Source: Felis catus (lineage: Eukaryota). Taken from it: a stretch of 64,000 bases of DNA. The notes under the pieces were generated by a model. The model did not search any database. It was not told the origin of the DNA and saw only the letters and a list, made by a program, of their open reading frames with translations. A program made the translations under genes and the position numbers. The stretch's first letter is position 1. Every line of letters starts with the position of its first letter. Where the stretch lies: NCBI RefSeq assembly GCF_018350175.1, contig NC_058368.1:166038001-166102000 (forward strand). The letters run 5' to 3'. This document shows positions 26,945 to 38,623 of this stretch, piece after piece.

Positions 26945-27660
26945 TTCCCACTCTATCACTCTCTCTCCACATTAGAGGCTTTCTTCAGTTTTATGATAAT
27001 CTTTGAACAGCTAATTATAATTGTGAGTAGGAACATAAAAGACTGATTGAAAACTCTTGAGTATAGATGGGTGAGGCCTGTCAGGTATGAGCTTTTGTTA
27101 GGATGAAATCCCAGGATCACAGTATCTTTTGTACTTTCACACGAAACTGACCCAATTGTAATTTCCAACCCAAAAAGATATGAATGACAGTATACTGACA
27201 TTGAAATGTTGAAAGGGTTCCTGGTTTTCAGCATATGATACGCATTCTGTTACATAATCACACCTCCCCTTAAGGTTTCCTTTGTGATGGCCCTGTCCCC
27301 AAGTATATCTTGTTTTTTCCCAAGCCAGTCTCACTGTTTTAACCTTCTCATTTCCTTCTATAAAAAGCAGTGTAGTATTAAGGAGGGGATCTAGTGATCT
27401 AATTGCCTCTTGAAGTGCTTGCAACTGGTCTTCCTCATTGATGCCATGTGTTTACTCCCAATCCCCAGCCCGACCAGACACTGCTAATTCCAGAGGCTAC
27501 GGGCGTTGGGGGGGAGATTCAGCAATGTGAGTCAGAATGAGTCTCAGCTTATACCACTAGGGACTAAGAATTTGGGATTTCTCAGGTTTGAAAATTCACG
27601 TCTGTTAATTCACTGTTAAGGGTACTGTTCCATTTGCATTCTAGCTTCTAAAGTTTTTGT
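26945..27660 (-). mobile_element. Old L1 (L1ME-type) 5' fragment, continuing at about 28890-29035
   Basis: aaaagactgattgaaaactct, ttgcattctagcttctaaag and, beyond the younger L1, ttcaaaccactatcttcc. Confidence 0.5.
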
Positions 27661-28062
27661 TCTTTTTTTTTCCCATTTTCAAGTTTTTAAATTCTAGTTA
27701 GTTAACACAGTGTAGTATTAGTTTCAGGTGTAGAATTTAGTGATTTGTCACTTAGATGTGACACCCAGTGTTCATCACAACAAGTGCCTTTCTTGATCCC
27801 TGTTTAACCCATCTCCCTGCCCACCTCCCCTTGAGCAACCTCCAGGTTATTCTCTATAGTTAAGAGTCTGTTTTCTGGTTTGCCTCTCTTTTGTTCCCAC
27901 CCCCCCCCATGTTCATCTGTTTTGTTTCTTAAATTCCATGTACGATATCATATGGTATTTGTTTTTCTGTGACTGACTTATTTCACTTAGGATAATACCC
28001 TCTAGTTCTATCCACATTGTTGCAAGTGGCAAGATTTCATGCTTTTAGATCACCAATATTCC

Positions 28063-28064
<2 letters not shown>

Positions 28065-28107
<43 letters not shown>
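28065..28107. repeat. (TG)n microsatellite inside L1
   Basis: Perfect TG run. Confidence 0.98.
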
Positions 28108-28109
<2 letters not shown>

Positions 28110-28231
28110 CACATCTTCTTTATCCATTCATCAGTCAAAGAACATTTGGGCTTTTTCCATACTTTGGTTATTGTCTATGGTGCTGCTATTAACTTCAGGG
28201 TGCATGTGCCCCTTAAAATCAGCATTTTTAC

Positions 28232-28425
28232 AGAGCACCTGGGTGGCCCAGCTGGTGAAGCATCCAACTTCAGCTCAGGTCATGACCTCACGGTTTGTGA
28301 GTTGGAGTCCTGCATCAGGCTCTGTGCTAACAGCTCAGAGCCTGGAGCCGGCTTCAGATTCTGTGTCCCCTTTTCTTTCTGCCTGTCCCCTGCTCACACT
28401 CTATATCTCAATAACAAATAAACGT
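28232..28425 (+). mobile_element. CanSINE inside L1
   Basis: agagcacctgggtggcccagctgg...aaataaacgtt; TSD-like aaatcagcatttt / aaatcagcagttt. Confidence 0.9.
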
Positions 28426-28519
28426 TATTGTTTTCGTTTTGTTTTAAATCAGCAGTTTTGTATCCTTTGGATAAATATCTGGTAATGCAATTGCTGGATT
28501 GTAAGGTAGTTCTATTTTT

Positions 28520-28738
28520 TTTTTAATTTTTTTTTCAACGTTTATTTATTTTTGGGACAGAGAGAGACAGAGCATGAACGGGGGAGGGGCAGAGAGAGAG
28601 GGAGACACAGAATAGGAAGCAGGCTCCAGGCTCTGAGCCATCAGCCTAGAGCCTGATGCGGGGCTCGAACTCACGGATCGCGAGATCATGACCTGGCCGA
28701 AGTCGGACGCTTAACCGACTGCGCCACCCAGGCGCCCC
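28520..28738 (-). mobile_element. Young felid CanSINE (SINEC_Fc-type)
   Basis: CpG-rich; perfect 17-bp TSD AAGGTAGTTCTATTTTT at 28503-28519 and 28739-28755. Confidence 0.97.
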
Positions 28739-29960
28739 AAGGTAGTTCTATTTTTAACTTTCTAAGGAACCTCCATAGTGTTTTCCAGAGTGGCTGCCCC
28801 AGTTTGCATTCCCACCAATAGGGTAAAAGGGTTCCCCTTTCTCCACATCTTCACCAACACCTGTTGTTTCTTATGTTGTCAATTTACCCAAATTTGTTGC
28901 TCTTGTCTCTCTTCTAGTTCTCTACCCTTGAAGTTTTATGACCTTAAAATATTCCCCTTTATTTTTTTAGAAGGAGTTTGCCTCTAAAATTAGTAAAATT
29001 AGACATCAGCATTCAAACCACTATCTTCCCTGGAAAAAATTCACTCTGCTAATACTAACCTTGATTCAGGATATTGGATCAAATTTTCCCCCCATGAAAG
29101 AGTGCACCAAAAATTTAACTTCACCAGTGACACTTATTCTACTAATTGTAGTAATAAGTCAAAATGTTAAAAAAGTTGAGCAGGCAATATTACAACTTCA
29201 AAAAACAAGTAACAATTTTTTTTTTCAAAATTAAGTCTATATCTTTAAAATATGAAGAAAAGAAGATGTTAGAGAAAACTGCCAGCCACAGGAAAACTCA
29301 CAGAAAGCATTAAGGAAAAAAACATCACAAAGAATTTTCTACTTTGTGTTCCTCTGTCCTCCTAAAAGGAAAATCTAGTTTTTGGACTCATCCATCTGCC
29401 AGTTAATCTCAAAGACAAATGTAACATCTAGCCCAAATGCTTCATGCTTTTTTGTGTGCGTGACTTATGAAACCATATAGTACAATTTATTGGCATATGA
29501 TAAAAATATATTACCTGTGACATATAAAATCAATCTTTGCTAGCTTTCATTCTCAGGATGATTACATCCCTTCTTAAGCAAATAATATGAAACTTTAGAA
29601 TATCCGATTAATTGAATGTTGAGGTACCAATGATTATAACACCAGCTATACTGTCATAGTTGTAAAAGGCTATGTATATGTATTTAATAAACATAGTGTG
29701 AAATAGAATTTAACTATAATAAGTTTAGCAAGTGAGCCTCTGATTATATGATCGAATTTGCAAATTCATCATGCAGCATTCATATGTGGTTTTTTTTTTT
29801 GTAGAATCTCAATAGTCTATGATATTGTGATTTTTATATTAATTTAGTTAACTTTTGTAAAAGCTTGTCAGGCCTGAAGAGAATTGCTTGCCAAAGAAAT
29901 GTGACACAACCAGGTCTCGGTGATTACTATTATTAATATTATATTAAGAAGCAGCATGCA

Positions 29961-30389
29961 GAGGCACTGGGGTAGCTCAGTTAAGCATCTGACTTTTTTT
30001 TTTTAAGTTTTTTAACGTTTATTTATTTTTGAGACAGAGAGAGACAGGGCATGAACGGGGGAGGGTCAGAGAGAGGGAGACACAGAATCTGAAACAGGCT
30101 CCAGGCTCTGAGCTGTCAGCACAGAGCCCAACGCGGGGCTCGAACTCATGGACCACGAGATCATGACCTGAGCCGAAGTCGGCTGCTCAACCGACTGAGC
30201 CACCCAGGCACTCCAAGCATCCGACTTTTGATTTGGGCTCAGGTCATGATCCCAGAGTCGTGGGACTGAGCCCCGCATCAGGCTCTATGCTGAGTTTGGA
30301 GCATACTTAAGATTCTCTCCCTCACTTCCTCAGCCCCTTTCCCCCATTTGCACTCATTCTCTCTCTAATACAAAAAATGGAAATAGAAA
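29961..30389 (+). mobile_element. CanSINE host split by a nested antisense SINE
   Basis: Head at 29961-29997 resumes at 30215; TSD aagaagcagcatg (29946-29958) / aagaagtagcatg (30390-30402). Confidence 0.92.
29998..30214 (-). mobile_element. Nested CanSINE
   Basis: TSD aagcatctgactttt (29983-29997) / aagcatccgactttt (30215-30229). Confidence 0.95.
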
Positions 30390-30511
30390 AAGAAGTAGCA
30401 TGTCTAGTACTTTATAACTTGTAAGTAATTCAAAAATGCATTATTCCATTTATTGAACTAATCTATGAGAAAAAAAATTGGAAACTGATGTTTAAGAGAG
30501 CTAAAATTCTT

Positions 30512-30726
30512 GGGGCACCGGCGTGGCTCAGTCATTTAAGCATCCGACTCTTGATTTTGGCTCAGGGCATGATCTAAGAGTTTGTGACTTCTAGCCCCAA
30601 ACTGGGCTCTGTACTGACAACCTGGGCCTGCTTGGGATTATGCCTCCCAACCCTCCTATTCCCCTCCCCTGCTCGCTCGCTCTCTCTCTCTCTCAAACAT
30701 AAACAAATAAACATTTTTTAAAAAAT
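30512..30726 (+). mobile_element. CanSINE
   Basis: ggggcaccggcgtggctcagtc head, CT tract and A tail; diverged TSD agctaaaattcttg / agttaaacttcttg. Confidence 0.9.
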
Positions 30727-30909
30727 AAGTTAAACTTCTTGCTCAATATTGCATACAAAAAAAGACATCTTAGCTCCCCTTACAGTTTTCATTTCCCAAC
30801 TCAATATCACATATATGAAAAAGACCTTTATTTTTTTTAATCTTTAAGTATTTACTGCCATGTTTCTCCTGTATTATTACAGAAAATCATCTCAAATAAA
30901 AGTAAATAA

Positions 30910-31070
30910 TAATATATTCTGGGGGCGCTATGTCCTTTTTACAGTTAAGGAATTGAGACACAGAGAACTTAAGCAATTTATCCAAAATCACACAGTAAAT
31001 ATAGGGCTAGTTTTCTAGCTCAAGGTTCCAAGTGTCCTATTAAATGCTGTAAGAACCTCCTTCCCAGTTA
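30910..31070 (-). mobile_element. MIR
   Basis: ttttacagttaaggaattgagacacagagaacttaagcaatttatccaaaatcacacag. Confidence 0.75.
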
Positions 31071-32858
31071 AATAAATCTCTTTATGCAGTTAAATGTTTT
31101 TTAAAATTGTAATAGGTGAAAATATTTTCATTTGTTATGCCTTCCACTGAGCACAAGTATATGCAGGGATGATAGAGATAAAAAAACAAGACTCAACTAA
31201 ATTATACAGAATGATTATCAAACACAAGGCTTATGTAAAAACAATATTCATGTGGGTTCAAGTAAGAGACCTCCTGCTTAAGGCATAATTTTAGTTATCT
31301 CTTTTAAAAAGAGAGTTTATCTCTTTTGTTTGATGTTAAACATAGTTTTTTAAAAATGTTTTATTCACCTCACAATAAAATGTAACTGAAACTGAAATAT
31401 GTGTGGCATTAATACGAGTAGCTTTTGTTAGCTTAAGTGTATATTTGTTTTCAAATGTAATTTAAAATATTGGTAATTTTAATATTACTTTAAAACGGCA
31501 CATACATTTGTTACATATATTTGAAGAAGACAAATAGTGTTACTTTAAACTGAAACAAAGTAGTAAACAGACACACTTGTGAATCATGCAATTGATCATG
31601 CTCTACAGTTTCTAATACAATCTCAAGTGAATATGCTTTTCCTTTCCAGGTTACTGACTTTCAATTAAATAGAACCCAGCATAAATTAAGCAGTTGCAGG
31701 TGAATGGCTGGACCTTAATTTCTTCATGTGACTTTTAAGTACATGTATTTAAGATTATTTAATTAAATTTTCACTGGTGTCTCAAATTGACAAACACATA
31801 CACTGAGGGCTTAATGGAAACAGAATTACTTTCAATAACAGTGAAGTTGGAAATACACTCTTTTTGCAGAAATTCTATGAAGAGCTAAGATTAAAGGCCT
31901 TTGATAACACGTTGGTGTTTGAAAGACCACAACCTAGAAAACATAAAAATTATTTTGAATCATTCTGTATACATTTATTGAATGTGTTTTAACAATTCTT
32001 TAGAGAATCAAACTAGTAAAACTTTTGGAAGTCACATTTCCTCTTTTGCCTGAGAGAACCATTGTTTGGTTTGAATATCAGACAGGACTTCTATATCTTT
32101 CCTCCGTAGTCTTGCTATGCCTCTGATAAGCAAAGCAAATGAAATGAGCAATGGAGATTTTAGAGCTTATGCTATGAATCCACAAGTGATTTATAAGGAA
32201 CATTAATAATCTAAGAAATTAATTTGTGTGCATTTCCTTTTTCCATTGGGTACCAGGTCACTACCAATGTACCCTAGTATTCATTTGACTTATGGAATTA
32301 TTGGACTTTCTGTATCCTCAGAACAGACATTTAAGCATAGACTCGGACCATCATATTGTTTACTGGACTTAGATTTCTTAATACTTGTGAAAATCTCAGA
32401 TACAATTCTGCATCAATTCTCAATCACTTTTCCCCACTCCTACTCTTTTACATACACACACATAAGCAAACATACTCAGAGCCTCATGCAGACATAATAG
32501 CTGTGTAGTAAAAGAATATCTCACGTGGACAGATCTGTGCAAGGCATCATTTGTGCATTGCCATGGCATAAGTTATGTCATACTCGGAGCTATGACAAAC
32601 AAGATCAAAAATACAAGCACAGTATGCTACGACAAACATACAGAATGCCTTTTGGTTTTTTGTAGTGGAAAGATAGTAGGTTTTTACAAATTGAACTACA
32701 AATAGAAATTGAGAAACAATAAATTAAATTTGAGACATATAAGTGACTTAAGATTGTTTCAAAAAACAATTGTAGATTTTAGAAATTAAAATAACTTGTC
32801 ATATTTACTTTCATTGTAAATAGCATGAAGAAAGCATATATCTCTGTTAAAAATTATT

Positions 32859-33055
32859 GGGGCGCCTGAGTGGCTCAGTCGGTTAAGCGTCCGACTTTGG
32901 CTCAGGTCATGATCTCATGGTCCGTGAGTTCAAGCCCCGCATCGGGCTCTGTGCTGACAGCTCAAAGCCCGGAGCCCGTTTCAGATTCTGTGTCTCCCTC
33001 TCTCTCTGCCCCTCCCCTGTTCATGCTCTGTCTCTGTCTCAAAAATAAACATTTA
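32859..33055 (+). mobile_element. CanSINE
   Basis: ggggcgcctgagtggctcagtcggttaagcgtccgact...aaaaataaacattt. Confidence 0.95.
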
Positions 33056-33146
33056 AAAAATCATAATTTATATTATTAAAACAAAGAGATCACTATGTGA
33101 TTTTTCCAACTATAATAACCAATATAGATTAAGTAAAAGGAAAAAA

Positions 33147-33411
33147 AAATAAGTCATGGGGATGTTATGTACAGCATGCTGACTATAGCTAACAATACTG
33201 TACTAAATATTGGAAAGTTGTTAAGAAAGTAGATCTTAAAAGTTCTGATCATAAGAAAAAAAGTTTTGTAACTTATGTATGGCAACAGATGATAACTAAA
33301 TGGTCATCATTTTACAATATATACAAACATCAAATCATGTTATACACCTGAAACTAAAACAATGCTATATGTCAATTATACCTCAATTTAAAAAATAAGT
33401 AAATAAATAAA
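33147..33411 (+). mobile_element. L1 3' end (L1MA9-like)
   Basis: ggggatgttatgtacagcatg...gtagatcttaaaagttct...tacacctgaaactaa...gtcaattatacctcaat plus A tail. Confidence 0.85.
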
Positions 33412-33544
33412 ACCCAGCTCTTCCTCCTTCCTCTTCCCAGCCCCCATTAACACCATTCATCCGAAAGCCCAAACCAGGAATCTTAGACAGCCCTGATGCT
33501 TCTTTTTTCATCCTCAATTATCTCTCAGGATATGCTAGATTCTA

Positions 33545-33914
33545 CTGCAGTATAGCAAACAGCCCCCAACTCTTAGTGGCTTAACACAACAGATGTTTAT
33601 TTCTCACTCTGATTACAAATCAGAGGTGGGGCTCTGATCCACTTTGTCACACTGACTTCAGGTCCCAGGATGACAGAGCAGTCACTATCTGGAACACTCT
33701 TGGTCACCAAAACAGAGAGAAAAGAGCTCTAAAGTTTTCATCCTGGCCGTTGGATGCTCAGTCCAGAAGCAGCACACATACCCTCTACTAGAGCTTATAA
33801 CTGGCCTATCACCCAACCATGGGAGATCAGGAAATACAACCCTAGCTTGTGTCCAGAAGGCAAAGAGTAATAATAATAATGATAATGATAAAACAGCATT
33901 AATGACTATAACAC
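33545..33914 (-). mobile_element. MaLR LTR (older MLT1)
   Basis: aaacagcccccaactcttagtggcttaacacaacagatgtttatttctcact...ggatgacagagcagtcactatctggaaca. Confidence 0.7.
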
Positions 33915-34316
33915 TGTCTTAAGAGCAACTCCCCAGAAGCAGACCCTAAGATGAGGATTCATATGAAAATGATTTGTTAGAAATGCTGCCAGGAATAACT
34001 AAGAGAGTGTGGAAGAGAGGGAAGAGGAGGGAGCCACACAAATAGTCAATGTCAAACAAAATCCCATGAAGGACAATTCAGGCTCAATTCCAGGGAAGAT
34101 TCTGGAGGCAGTCATACCTCAGAGCAGCCTGGACCAGGGGCAAGGAAGGTGGAGTAGTTCTGCTTCTGCACCAGGAGCCATTTGCTGGGGCTTCTCCCAG
34201 AGAGATGTAGATCCCAGTTATCTCTAGCTCTTCTCGCAGATATCGGCTGTTAGAAGTGAAAACACAGCAGGAAAATGGTAAAGAGATATGAAAACATACA
34301 GACATCCTCTGCTACA
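33915..34316 (-). mobile_element. ERVL solo LTR (LTR33-like)
   Basis: tgtcttaagagcaactccccagaagcagaccctaagatgaggattc...catcctctgctaca. Confidence 0.7.
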
Positions 34317-37300
34317 CACTCACCAAACCCAAAAATATAAAAATAAAAAATTGTTGGAAGATTAATTTTCTTTAAAACAGAAACATTTTAGAGTTCTAAT
34401 GAAATACAACTTTTTTTCCCCTCCACCATTTTTAGGTTTATAATTCAAGTCAGAGTTCAATTAAAAAAATAATTACAGCCCATTAATTACTAATTTTGAA
34501 TTAATTTTCTGCTTAATTTGTTCCCATTTTCATTGTCCTACAGATAATTCAAATCTCTTGACTGAGAACCTTCAGTCTGAAAACATGTTAATATTTAATA
34601 TAGTATTTTGCATGTATTCCATTAACAGCTATTAGGGTAATGACAAAGATAAACTTTTTTTTTTCAGTCTATGAAATGTGTTAGGCAAACTTAACAATCC
34701 CCCTGGAGTTAAGATGGAAGAAAATTTTAACATATATTGTCTTCTTTTGAAACTTCAGAAGGAGATTCACAATAGAGCCTAATGAAATTATATTGTTTTT
34801 TTTTAATGAGTTTAGATATATTTAAATTGTATTCTGTAATAATGACATATATAAATGTTGATTCTGTTTTGACAGGTCAATGACTTCAACTATAATGAAT
34901 ATTTTGAATTAGTAGCAAGGTTTCTTCATTATTACTAAGTCTACATCCCATTAACAAGTGCATGGCAAAAATGTTAAGGAAGGTGTTACCCAGCTTTCTA
35001 ATAAGTCAAACTCTGATCTCAAATGATTTCGTCCCAGTTAACACACTTAACTTTAAGTCTCACACACTGCCATTAATAAGTTTAAAATAAATTCCACAAT
35101 TATGCTATAAAGAAATAATTTATAACCAGCACCATGAAAAGCAATAATACTGAAATAAAGTCATTGTATTTTGATTTTTTGAAATAAGACTTTAGCTACA
35201 AAGTAAACTTAGTTGTCAAAAGAATGAAATAATTCTAAATGCCTTGATATCAGACACCTGCTTGGATAATGTAAAATTGTCTAATTTAAACAGAGAATAA
35301 GGGCCACAGACAAATACCTTTTTCTTACTGAAACTAGGAATGATAACTACAAAGATTAATTGATTTAAAGAAACAAAAGTAACAAAGATAAGTCCATACA
35401 ATACAATCAATAATATTGATTTACAAAAGTAAATTAAGACGATATAATCTTGCAGGTGTAGATATACTCAGTATTCCTATTAAATGTCTACAATCTAGTT
35501 AAGAAAGAGTCAAAGATACACATGAGACAATTGCTCTAAATACACATATAAAATTGGTAGATTACTCAGATACATACATAATGATTATCTAGACTGGTAA
35601 GGAATTTGAGATTGTACCAAAGCCTCTACTTCAGTCTTTCCAAGAAGATATTTCCACAGGAACAAACCTCAATATTTTGCTTTGTTAAGGAAAGATGCTA
35701 TTGGATACATACACACATTAATGGATTCCTCAAGTTTTTCCTGCAATGAAAGCAAAGTAAAAAAATAGCTTCTGGGGAGAGAGACCAATTCATGAGTTCT
35801 AAGATAACTGAAATAAAATAGAAAATGTAAAAATATTTAAAGCCAAAAATTGGGTAAAATATGCCAAAAATGTCATAGGTTATTTTTTTCAAATATTTTG
35901 CAAATATTATCTGAACTCCTGTAATGCACTTGGCCCTGTACAAATCCCTGAGATTAGAGCAGTGGACCGCATCCTTCCCATCTTCTAAATCCTATATTTG
36001 TGTATGTTAATTACAAGTGACACTTGTATAAAAGATAATTACAGAATGCTTGAAGAGTATTATACAGGAGGATTTCCTTTTTTCCAACCAGGGTCCTTCC
36101 AATCCATCCTTACAGCACATTTTCCCTGCATTTAACAAATCCAGTGTCAAGACTCTAGGACATGAATTCATGTGGTCAATACTTCTAGTCTTCCATTAGT
36201 TAAAGAAATGAAAATAAAGGCAAACCACCTTCTTTCAAACTCTTTCTCTTCTCTTTCAGAAAGCCATCTACAACAAAAAGTGTTTTCACCCTGTTTTGAA
36301 AAAGCTAATGAATATCATTTAGTTTGACTTACTACCTAGCTACAGCAGAAATTAGAGCTTCTTGAGATACTGTTAAGAGCTTTCAAGGAACCATGGTTGA
36401 AAGCTGCTCTAGTAAAATAAAGTATCACACTGGCATAGAAGAGTATTCTTTGCTTTCCTTAGACTTCTGCTTATGAAGTCGATCATTTTGTTACCTGACT
36501 TTCTCAGACTTAAGTGTGTGACACACTCTTTCATTAGCAATCTGTGGTATTTTTGACATAGCCAACTTCCACTATCCGTTACCCCAACTCCCACTGATGT
36601 TGAAAGGGAAACACAAATACTGTTAATGTGAGTGGTCCTTGTACATTGTTTCCTAAACAACTTTTGTGCCAGTATCACTTTAAGGAAAGTTACTCCTTGT
36701 TGTGACAGATCAAAAGGCCACCAAAACTGCTTGATATAATGTGTGGGGTGCAAAAGCCTCAGGTTCAGCAACTAAAACTTTCTTTTACGATGATGACACA
36801 ACACACTTATTTTTCAAGCCTGTGCTTGCCACCTTGACAGTCTGCTGATAAAAGCGGGATATGAATTATGACTTTGGTAGCTTCCCATTAAGACTTCTAT
36901 TCCCTTTAAGCAACAGAATCCAGCAAAGCAACTGAGTCAACATAACACTTAGACATTTTAGCATTTTAAAAGGCCATAGCTGAGTTTAAATGTCAGAACA
37001 AGAAACAAATTCTCAGATATATCTCCTCTTGTCTGATACTGTGAAATGTAATCTGATTCTATTTCAGAAGTATCCTTTAGGCTCTTCCACCCCTTATTCT
37101 AACCACTAGTAAAATAATGTTAATATTTATACAATAGATTTAAATAATCTATTAAATAAAATGAATTCAACCTCCAACCTGTTCTATGTATCTCAAATGT
37201 AATTGTATTGGATCATGTTTATTCTCTTTTCTGTTAAGTCCTTTTAAAAGTCACCTTGGTAATATGTTGATGCCACAAAGTGAATGTATAATAAATATGA

Positions 37301-37394
37301 TGAATTTGGTATGGTTTCAAAAGTGAAGTGATATATTTACTTTAAAAAAATAATGTTTGAATAATTAAGGGTATATATATATATTTTTTTTCTC

Positions 37395-37639
37395 CTTTTA
37401 CCCACCTGTCTTAATTTCCCCACCCCTAGCCCCTGGCAACCACTTGTCTAATCACTGTTTCTATGAGTCTGACTTTTTTTTGAGACTACTTATGATGATA
37501 CCATGCAGTATATGTCTTTCTCTTGTCTGGTTTATTTCACTTGGCACAATGCCCCCCAGATTCATCTGTGTTTTGTTGTTGCGAGTGGCAGGATTCCTTC
37601 TTTGTCATGGCTGAATAATATTCCATATATACTATCTAT

Positions 37640-37686
<47 letters not shown>

Positions 37687-38140
37687 GTCTATTCATCCTT
37701 GATAGAGACCTAGGTTTCCATATCTCGGCTATTGTGAATAATGCTGAAATGAACATGGGAGTGCAGATAACTCTTTGATATCTTATTTACATATCTTTTG
37801 GATATCCAGAAGTGGGAATGTTGGATCATAGTATAGTTCTATTTTTAATTTTTTGAGGTATTTTCATGCTGTTTCCATAGTGGCTGCACCAATCTGCATT
37901 CCTACCAACAGTGAAAGAGGGCTCTCATTCATCCACATCCTCACCAACACTTCTCTCATCGTCTTGATGACTGTCATTGTAACAGATGTTAGGTGATATT
38001 TCATTGTGATTTTGATTCGCATTTTCCTGATGATAAGTGATGTTGAGGACCTTTTACCTATTGGCCACTGGTATATCTTCTTTGGAGAAATGTCTATTTA
38101 GTTCCTCTGCCCATGTTTCAGATTGGATTGTTTTGTTTTC
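37395..38140 (-). mobile_element. L1 3' fragment (L1MA9/old carnivore type) with (CA)n at 37641-37684
   Basis: ccctggcaaccact...ctgtttctatgagt...ggctattgtgaataatgctg...tttggagaaatgtctattta. Confidence 0.9.
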
Positions 38141-38350
38141 TTTTCCTACCTTGTCACATTTCTTCATTTACAAAATGGAATCCAACTAAGTAAAAGTATG
38201 CAAATGACCACTGGCCCTAGCACAGGCTGACTACTGTATTATATTTAGCTACAAAAAACAAGGCACTTTATAAAATGGAACTTTTATTTTTTTTTTGTAA
38301 TTATTATACTAATTGTCAAGAAAACGAACATTGAAAATTACCACCCACTT

Positions 38351-38623
38351 TTTTTTTAAGTTTTTATTCAGTGTAGTTAACATTCAGTGTGATAGTAGTT
38401 TTCAAGTGTACAATTTAGTAATTCAACAATTCCATACATCACCCAGTGCTTAGCACAAGTACATTCCTTAATCCTCATCACCTATTTCACCCACCCCTCC
38501 CCCACATCCCCTCTGGTAACCATCAGTTTCTCTGGTTTTGAGTCTGTTTCCTGGTTTTCCTCTCTTTTTTCACCTATGATCATTTGTTTTGTTTCTTAAA
38601 TTCCAAAGCAGATGATCAGAGGG
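38351..38623 (-). mobile_element. Short 5'-truncated carnivore L1 with inverted 5' piece
   Basis: Poly-T, L1 3'UTR; diverged TSD gaaaattaccacccactt (38333-38350) / gaaaatgaccacacattt (38624-38641). Confidence 0.85.

Larger units (their letters stand above)
27663..28880 (-). mobile_element. 5'-truncated carnivore L1 3' end containing a (TG)n and two SINEs
   Basis: tagtttcaggtgtagaatttagtgatt...ttttgtttcttaaattcca...ggaacctccatagtgttttccagagtggctgc. Confidence 0.92.

Noticed and set aside
26956..27424. Two overlapping minus-strand ORFs of about 95 aa
   Set aside because: Fall in what looks like an old L1 5' region; no recognisable homology.
31650..31699. 50-nt exon-like segment (tttccag|...cag|gtgaat) reading VTDFQLNRTQHKLSSC
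   Set aside because: Isolated, weak donor, no partner exon or known peptide; expected by chance.
36409..36771. 120-aa minus-strand ORF as a CDS
   Set aside because: TTG start, no recognisable domain, no convincing splice boundaries.
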